Assembly: GCA_004431415.1 (NCBI GenBank) | Contig: QPMI01000131.1 | Location: forward strand, 1 to 64,000 | Length of the DNA stretch: 64,000 bases | Source: Cyanophora paradoxa CCMP329 | Lineage: Eukaryota > Plantae > Glaucophyta | Direction: 5' to 3' | Notes under the pieces: generated by a model | What the model was told of the DNA's origin: nothing | Database searches by the model: none | Seen by the model: only the letters and a program-made list of their open reading frames with translations | Program-made: the position numbers and the translations under genes | Shown here: positions 57,801 through 64,000 of the stretch, one piece after another | Layout of the letters: the number at the start of each line of letters is the position of its first letter | How positions within the stretch are numbered: position 1 is the first letter of the stretch

Positions 57801-60800
57801 GTGCACGTCTCGGGGCCGCTTAGGGCGCGCCGGGAGGTGCGAAACACGCACCCAGGCGGAGGCGTCGGCGGGGGCCGGCGCGGGGCTCTCGTCGAGAGCG
57901 GCGAGAAGGGCGGGGGAGAGGCGGAGGAGGCGCGGCGAGGAGCGGGAGCGGTGCAGCGAGCTCGAGGCGGCGCGCGCCCCGGCCCGCGAGGCGGCGCCGC
58001 TCCCCTCCGCGCTCCCGTCGCGATCGGAGAAGGCGTCGCCGTCGTTCTGCAGCGCCGCGCGCGTCGTGCCGGACTCGCGGCCCCGCGTCGCCGCCCCACC
58101 GAGCCGCCCCCGCCGTCCGAAGAGCGCGCCTCCGCCAGCTCCGCTGCGAGCCGCGGCCGGTCGGGGCAGGGGCAGGGGATGGGCCAGCAGGGAGGGGCGG
58201 GAGCGGACCGGGGGAGCGGGCGGGGCGGGTGCGGAGGGAGTGGGAGCCGGGGGCCCGGGCCCTGCCGACGACGACGGCCTCGACGCTCGTGAGGAACTCG
58301 ACGGGCGAGTTGCGCGCCCGCGTGCGGGGCGGCCCTCCGCCCCGGCCCCGCCCTCGGCCCCGCCCCCGACCCGGGCCCTCCCGCAGAGCCCTCGGTCGCG
58401 ATCGGGCTCGAGCTCGTGCGCCCCGGCCGCAAGCTGTGCACGGCGACGAGCGCGCCGGCCGCCCCCTCCAGCTCCGACCCCTCGCGGCCGCCCCCGTACG
58501 CGTGGCCGCCCCGGAGCCGCCCTCGGCCTCGGCGCGGTCCGTGCGGGCGCCGCTCCTGCCTCCGGCGCTGCCGGCCTCGCCGGCCTCGAGCGCGGGCTCG
58601 CCCTCGCCGCGGGCGTCGGCGTCGGAAAAGCCCTCCTCGACGTCCTCGTCCGACGAGTCGCCGCCCTCGCCTGCGCGGGCGGGCGAGCGCCCCCCGCTCG
58701 GCCAGGGTCGAGCTCGAGGGGCCGGGGCCGGGGCACCGATGGGGTCGGCGCGCTGGTAGATGCCGCTGATGTGCGCCGCGACGTGCGAGGGGAGCGCGGA
58801 GACGATCTCCCCCACGCCCTGCCCGCCCGCGCCCACCCCCGCGCGCCTCATGATCAGTGCCAGCGCTCGTATTGGGCCTGCCCCTGTCTATGGGCGGGGC
58901 GCACGTTCTGGACGCGGCGGACGCGGGAGAAGGTGGCGCGGAAGAGGCCGGGCCCGGTGGCGAGGAGGAAGAGGAGGACGGTGGCGAGGAGGCCGTACAC
59001 GAAGGCCCGCGTCCCCGCCGTCCACGCCTCCACCTCCGCCAGGTACGCCTCCCCCGCCCCCTCCAGCCTGCCCCGCCGCCCGCGCCCGCGCGGTCCGATT
59101 AGCGACTTGGGCGGGGCGGAGCCGGGGCCGGGGCGGACTGGGCGAGGAGGGGCCCGCGGACGTTGCTGGCGAGCCAGCGGAAGCGGAAGTCGGCCGGCGA
59201 GGCGACCTCCTCGGGGGGCGCCAGCGGCAGCTGCGCACGCAGAGGCCGGCGTCGGGTCCAGAGGGCGCAGAGGCGGGGGGCGGGGTGCGGGGTCTGGCGG
59301 CGGGGCGGGGCGGACGAGGCGGGCGCGGCCGAGGGCGACGGAGGCGGCGTCGAGCGGCGTGAAGGCAGCCGGCACCGCCTCCGCGACGCTCGCCCCCGGC
59401 GCCGCCATTGGCGGGGCGCCCGGCAGGAACTGCGCGAGGGGCCGACGTCACGACTCGGCGACGCCGACACAACACGAAGGCCGGCGGGGGCGGGGCGGGG
59501 CGAGGGGCGGGCGCCTCGAGGAGGGTGAGGGAGGGGGAGCGCCAGAAGCCGTACACGGACGCCGCGTTGCTGCGCATGCGCGATGGACGCCCCTTCGGTT
59601 CGACCGCAAAGGCAGCCGCGAGGGGCCGTAGAGGGCGGGAGGGGAAGGGCACGCGGACCCGGGGCCGGCGTGGCGGGCGCCCTCGGTCTCGGCGGGGCCC
59701 CCGAATCGGACCATCGTGAGGGCCTCCGCGAGGCGCTCGGCCTGCACCGCCAGCCCCGCCCCCGCCTCCGCCAGCGCCCCCGCCCCGGCCCCCCGCACCG
59801 CCTCCCACGCCTGGCCCGCCGCCGCGCGCCGCCGTCAGAAGGGCGGCGGATGCGCAGGCTGAGGGGTACAATTAAAGGCGCGCACGGCCATCTGGTAGGT
59901 GCGCGCCGCGTAGGCGACCTGCACGAGGGCGCGCCCTACGAACCTGCGGCGAGCGCGGGGCTCGCGGCGGGCGGGCGGCGTGGGCGGGGCGGGGCGGGCG
60001 GGGCGCGCGGTGCGGCGAGGAGGCGGGCGGTGAGGTCGCGGCCGGCGTCGAGGAGGGCGGCGAGGAGGGCGAGCTCGAGGGCGAGGACGAGGGCCGTCGC
60101 ACTGAAGCCGACCCCGAGCCCCACCTTGATCGCCCGCGACGCCTGCCCCTGCGTGTTCTCCGCCTGCCCCCGCCCCGCGCCTCGGCCTCAGCCGGGAGCC
60201 GCGGTGCGAGAGTGGTTGGCCTCGGAGACCTGCACGGCGGCGCGGCGGGCCTTGCGCCAGTGCGATGAGCCGCCCGACCTGTGCCGCGCCCGCCCCCTCG
60301 GGGCCCGCCCGGCGGGACTAGCATGTGGGGCGGGCCGCGCACTGGGAGCGACCGCCGTCGGCCTGCGGGCCGGCGTCCGCGCGCGCCTCGTCTGCAGCCC
60401 CGCCCCGCGCCGTCGGCGACGCCGGCGCCGCAATCGCGACAGCCGGGGCCAAGGGCGAGCGCACTCTCCTCGATCTCGTCGGCGGCGGCGAACTGGGCGG
60501 CGGCGGCCTCCGGGTCGTTCTGGATGTCCTGCAGGAAGATCCCGTACGTCCGCATGATCACTGCCCCCCGCCCCCGCCCCTCAGCCCGCTCGGAGGACTA
60601 GGGTCAGCCGCCTAGCTTTAGGCAGCACAGGGGAGGGGGGGGGGGGGAGGGGGGGGGAGGGGGGGGGGGGGGGGGGGGGGGTTTCGGATGCGGACCCTTG
60701 GAGGAGGGGAACTTGGAGGTGAGCTGGGCGTAGGCGGCGGCCGCCTCGTGCTTGCTGCGGTTGATCGTCGCGATGCGGCGGTACAGCGTCGCCAGCGCCC

Positions 60801-63130
60801 CCTCCCCCGCCAGCTGCCGCGAGTCCGCGATCTGCGGCCCGGCCCCGCCGGCCCGGCCCCTCGTCATCGGCCGCCGAGGTCTCGGGTCGGGGCGGGGGGT
60901 TGGGGGCCGGGGGCGGGCCTGGGACCAGAGGGCCTTCAGCGCGTGGAGAGCCTCGTTGTGGGCCTTGGTCGCCGCCTGGAAGAGCCGCCGGAACTCCAGC
61001 AGCTGCGCCCCCGCCCGAGCGAATTAAAATCGGCCACAGCGATGTTGGAGAGGCCTAGGGGGCGGAGGGGAAGCGGGGGGCTAAGGACCGGCGCACCCGC
61101 ACGAAGTTCATGCTCTTCTCGCCCAGGTTGGCGCTCGCGAGCTGCTGCTGCTCCCAGCTCCGCCGCTTCTGGCTCGCCAGCACCTGCCGCCCTAGGCCTC
61201 TCAGGCACGGCTCGCAGTCGAGAGGGCCAGCGGGCGGGGCGGGGCGGCCGGGTCGGGGCGGGCCTTCATGTCGTAGGAGGCGAGGCCGCGGCACTTCTCG
61301 TCGGCGCGGCGGACCTCGCGCATGGCGGAGGCGGCGTCCTGCGCCGCGCAGAAGCGGAGGCCGGCGAGCTGGACGTGGAGGAACGCCGAGGCGGGGTAGA
61401 GGGCCAGGCCCGCCCGGTACACCCGCTCCGCCTCCTCCACGCCCCCCTCCGACGCCCTGCATGCGCGCCCGGCGGCCCCGCCGCGCCGATCAGACCGAAG
61501 CGGGGGCCGGCCGGCAGAACGGATTATAGGCAGAGCGGCGACGTCGACGGACCGGCGGGTCTCGAGGAGGAAGCGGGCGGCGGTGTCGAGCTGCGCCTCG
61601 GCGAGGAAGCCGAGGGCCGGGGGCGGCAGGAGGAGCCGCAGCCGCCCCGCCACTGCCCCGTACAGCGACCGCCGCCCCTCCGCCGCCGCCCGCTCCCGCA
61701 GGTCCTTCATCGTCACCGCCCGCCGCCCCGCCAGCCCCAGCGCGTCCGCCGCCGCGCCCGGGGCGAGGCCGGGGGCCGCCCGCGGGCCGCCGCCGCGTCG
61801 ACCTTCACCGCCGCGAGGGCCGCGGCGGCGGCAGCGCTCGCGGAGGAGGAGATGGTCGTCCGCTTGCGGGTGACGGCGGGGCCGGGGCCCGGGCTGGGCC
61901 CCGGCCGCCCCCACGCCGCCTTCGAATTCTTCGCCGGCGCCTGCGCCGCCTCCGCACCGGCCTTGCCCTTGGCCTCGGGCTCGCGATCGGGCTCAGCGGT
62001 GAGGAGCTGCGGGGAGGCGGTGTGCGCGTCGCTGTTCGTCCGCGAGCGCGACGCCTCCGCCGACGAGGCCGCTGGGGCGGGGGCGGGGGCCACGACGGCG
62101 GAGGTCACGACCACAGCGCTAGCGGGGCGACGGAGCGCGAGCCTGTCGAGCTCGCCTTGCGCTCCGCGCTCGCGCCGGCGGGCGGCGCGGGCGGCCCCGG
62201 CAGGGCGCGGAGCGTCGGCTGCCACGAGCGGGTGTCGAGGCCGTGGAGGGACCAGTCGCGGGCGTGGCCCCAGAGCGCCTCGCGGCGCTCGAGCTCGGCG
62301 AGGGCCCGCGGCACGCCGGCGCCGACGAGGGCGAAGAAGCGGCGGGCGGAGCGGGCGCCGGCGAGGGCGACGAGGGGCGTGGCGGCGAGGCAGGCGGCGG
62401 AGAGGGCGAGCGAGGCCGACGTGCCTTCCGTGCGCCCCGCGTGCCCGAAGAGCTGCAGCATCAGCAGCGACGAGAAACTCGCCCACGCGTTCTGTCCCCG
62501 CGCTCAGCACGAGGACGGCGGGATCGCGGGCCGGGCGGGGGCCGGGGCGGGGGCACCATGGCGAAGAGGGCGCTCTTGAGCTCGTTCATGCGGGGGTTCA
62601 GGAAGGGCAGGAGGGTCTGCGGGGCAGTGAGCCTCGAAGGAGGCCCCGGGGCGAGCGGGGGCCCCGGGCCCCGGGCCCGGGCGGGGGGCGGCGGACGGAG
62701 GAGAGGGCGAGCATGGCGAGGGAGACGAGGAGGACGAGGAGGAGGAAGGGGGTCTCCCCGCCCCACATGAACACCTTTGCCACCGAGATCGCCACCTGCC
62801 CACACGATCGCGAGCTGATCATAAGCTCGGGCTGTGCTGGGGAAAGCGCGGCCCGCCCCGGCGCCCCGGCGCCCCAGCGCACGGAGCCGGCGCTGTAGGC
62901 GAAGGCGACGCGGCCGTGGGCGCGGACGTCCCACTTGGGGGAGAGGGGGTCCGAGTCGAAGTAGACGAGCTGCGTCGCGAAGCTGAAGACGATGAAGAAG
63001 GGGAAGACCCCCGCCGCCACCGCGCTGTGCAGCGCCTGTACATGTCCCCGAGCGCGGCATGCATGAGCGTAAATAATAAATTCACAGATCTATATCTAGA
63101 CTCTGAGAAGAAGTGATCACGCACCGGAAC
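54820..63130 (-). CDS. Host multi-exon, multi-pass membrane protein with TmcB/TmcC-like TPR region (boundaries approximate)
   Basis: TM exons (GVFPFFIVFSFATQLVYFDSDPLS, LLPFLNPRMNELK); TPR-like AERVYRAGLALYPASAFLHVQLA and YAQLTSKFPSS..IMRTYGIFLQDIQNDPEAAAAQFAAADEIEE; further TM exons near 56230-56290 and 55190-55290. Confidence 0.65.
60631..60681. repeat. Intronic poly-G low-complexity tract
   Basis: About 50 nt almost entirely G. Confidence 0.85.
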
Positions 63131-64000
63131 CGGCAAGGTGCACTCAAATCCGCCGTCTGTTGTCCCTGCGCCCCCGATCGCCAGTCAAATGCGCCGGCCA
63201 CCGCGTTCGAATTCACGACTTCAAGACAGAACGCATTCGAGTTTGGATATGAGATTCAGGTATGTGCACCTGGGAAGAAACAGACAATGCCCTAAAAAAC
63301 GGGAAGCGGCCGTCAATTTCGAGTGCACTGACAGTTAATTCGAATGGAACTTCGGAATTCGAGGGGCTCACCGAGAGGTACTGGTTCACGACTGAGAAGA
63401 ACCTGCAGCACAGGATGAAAGAATCGGTCATTGTCAGCGGCGTGCGTGCAGATCGAGCGGTAGGCGGCCAGAGCCAGCCGTTCGTGCAGGCGGACTCTTA
63501 ACAGCACAGGATCGGGGACGTTAAGCGCGGTTACAGACTCGCAGCGCCACATTCATATTTAATTTATTCACACATAGTTAGAGCAGACTGTTTCTAGAAC
63601 GATTGCGGCCGGGCCGCGGGCGAGCTCCAAATTAAAGCTTCGCGTTATAGTTCTAAATCAATAACGTTAACAGAACCAGACTGGGCAGTGATCATGAATT
63701 CGAAGGGCGCGCACAGCGTCTCGGTGACGAGGGGGACGACGGCCCGCAGGACCTTGATCGGCAGCACGCGCACGTTGTTCTGCCGGCCGCTGCGGTGAGA
63801 AAAGACGGGACGACCGCACCTTCGATCGCGGCCCGAATATTAATTCCGATACAAACCTGCTGGAACATGTATCCCGCTTGAGCTGCGCGGTCGCGTGCAT
63901 GCGTTAATTTCGCGAGGCGGTGTGTGTGTGCACGTGTGTGTGTGGTTGGAGCTCGAGGCGGGCGGGAATTCGAACTCGAAGGGCACCGGTGAGGGCGAAG

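Noticed and set aside
55410-62898. Very long overlapping ORFs on both strands (1108, 1023 and 736 aa)
   Set aside because: Stop-codon scarcity in extremely GC-rich DNA; the real coding signal is a spliced minus-strand gene.

Overview
Eukaryotic (protist/algal-type) DNA with three zones. (1) 1 to ~23300: the right part of an AT-rich integrated Polinton/Maverick-like DNA virus. It encodes a Prim-Pol/D5-type primase-helicase, a protein-primed PolB whose proofreading motifs look degenerate, an RVE integrase, a patatin phospholipase fused to a discoidin domain, an ~8 kb phage-fibre-like gene, two paralogous spike-like genes, a DUF723-like Zn ribbon and a SAM decarboxylase. It ends in iteron-like palindromes, tandem repeats and a terminal hairpin built from tandem G.A pairs. 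No capsid, packaging ATPase or maturation protease gene is visible; these probably lie left of the window. (2) ~23300-37800: a long minus-strand APE-RT non-LTR retrotransposon, apparently interrupted by the virus and carrying a 126-bp coding tandem array, followed by a decayed DIRS-type RT/RNase H element. (3) ~38400-64000: GC-rich, intron-containing host DNA. It holds three tandem paralogues with an apparent chromo-shadow + F-box + LRR architecture, a 1485-bp triplication and a TmcB/C-like membrane protein gene. Most frameshifts in the virus look like homopolymer single-base deletions, so they are probably read-consensus errors. The host gene style reminds me of the glaucophyte Cyanophora, but I cannot confirm this. 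All domain calls are motif recognition by eye, not database searches.
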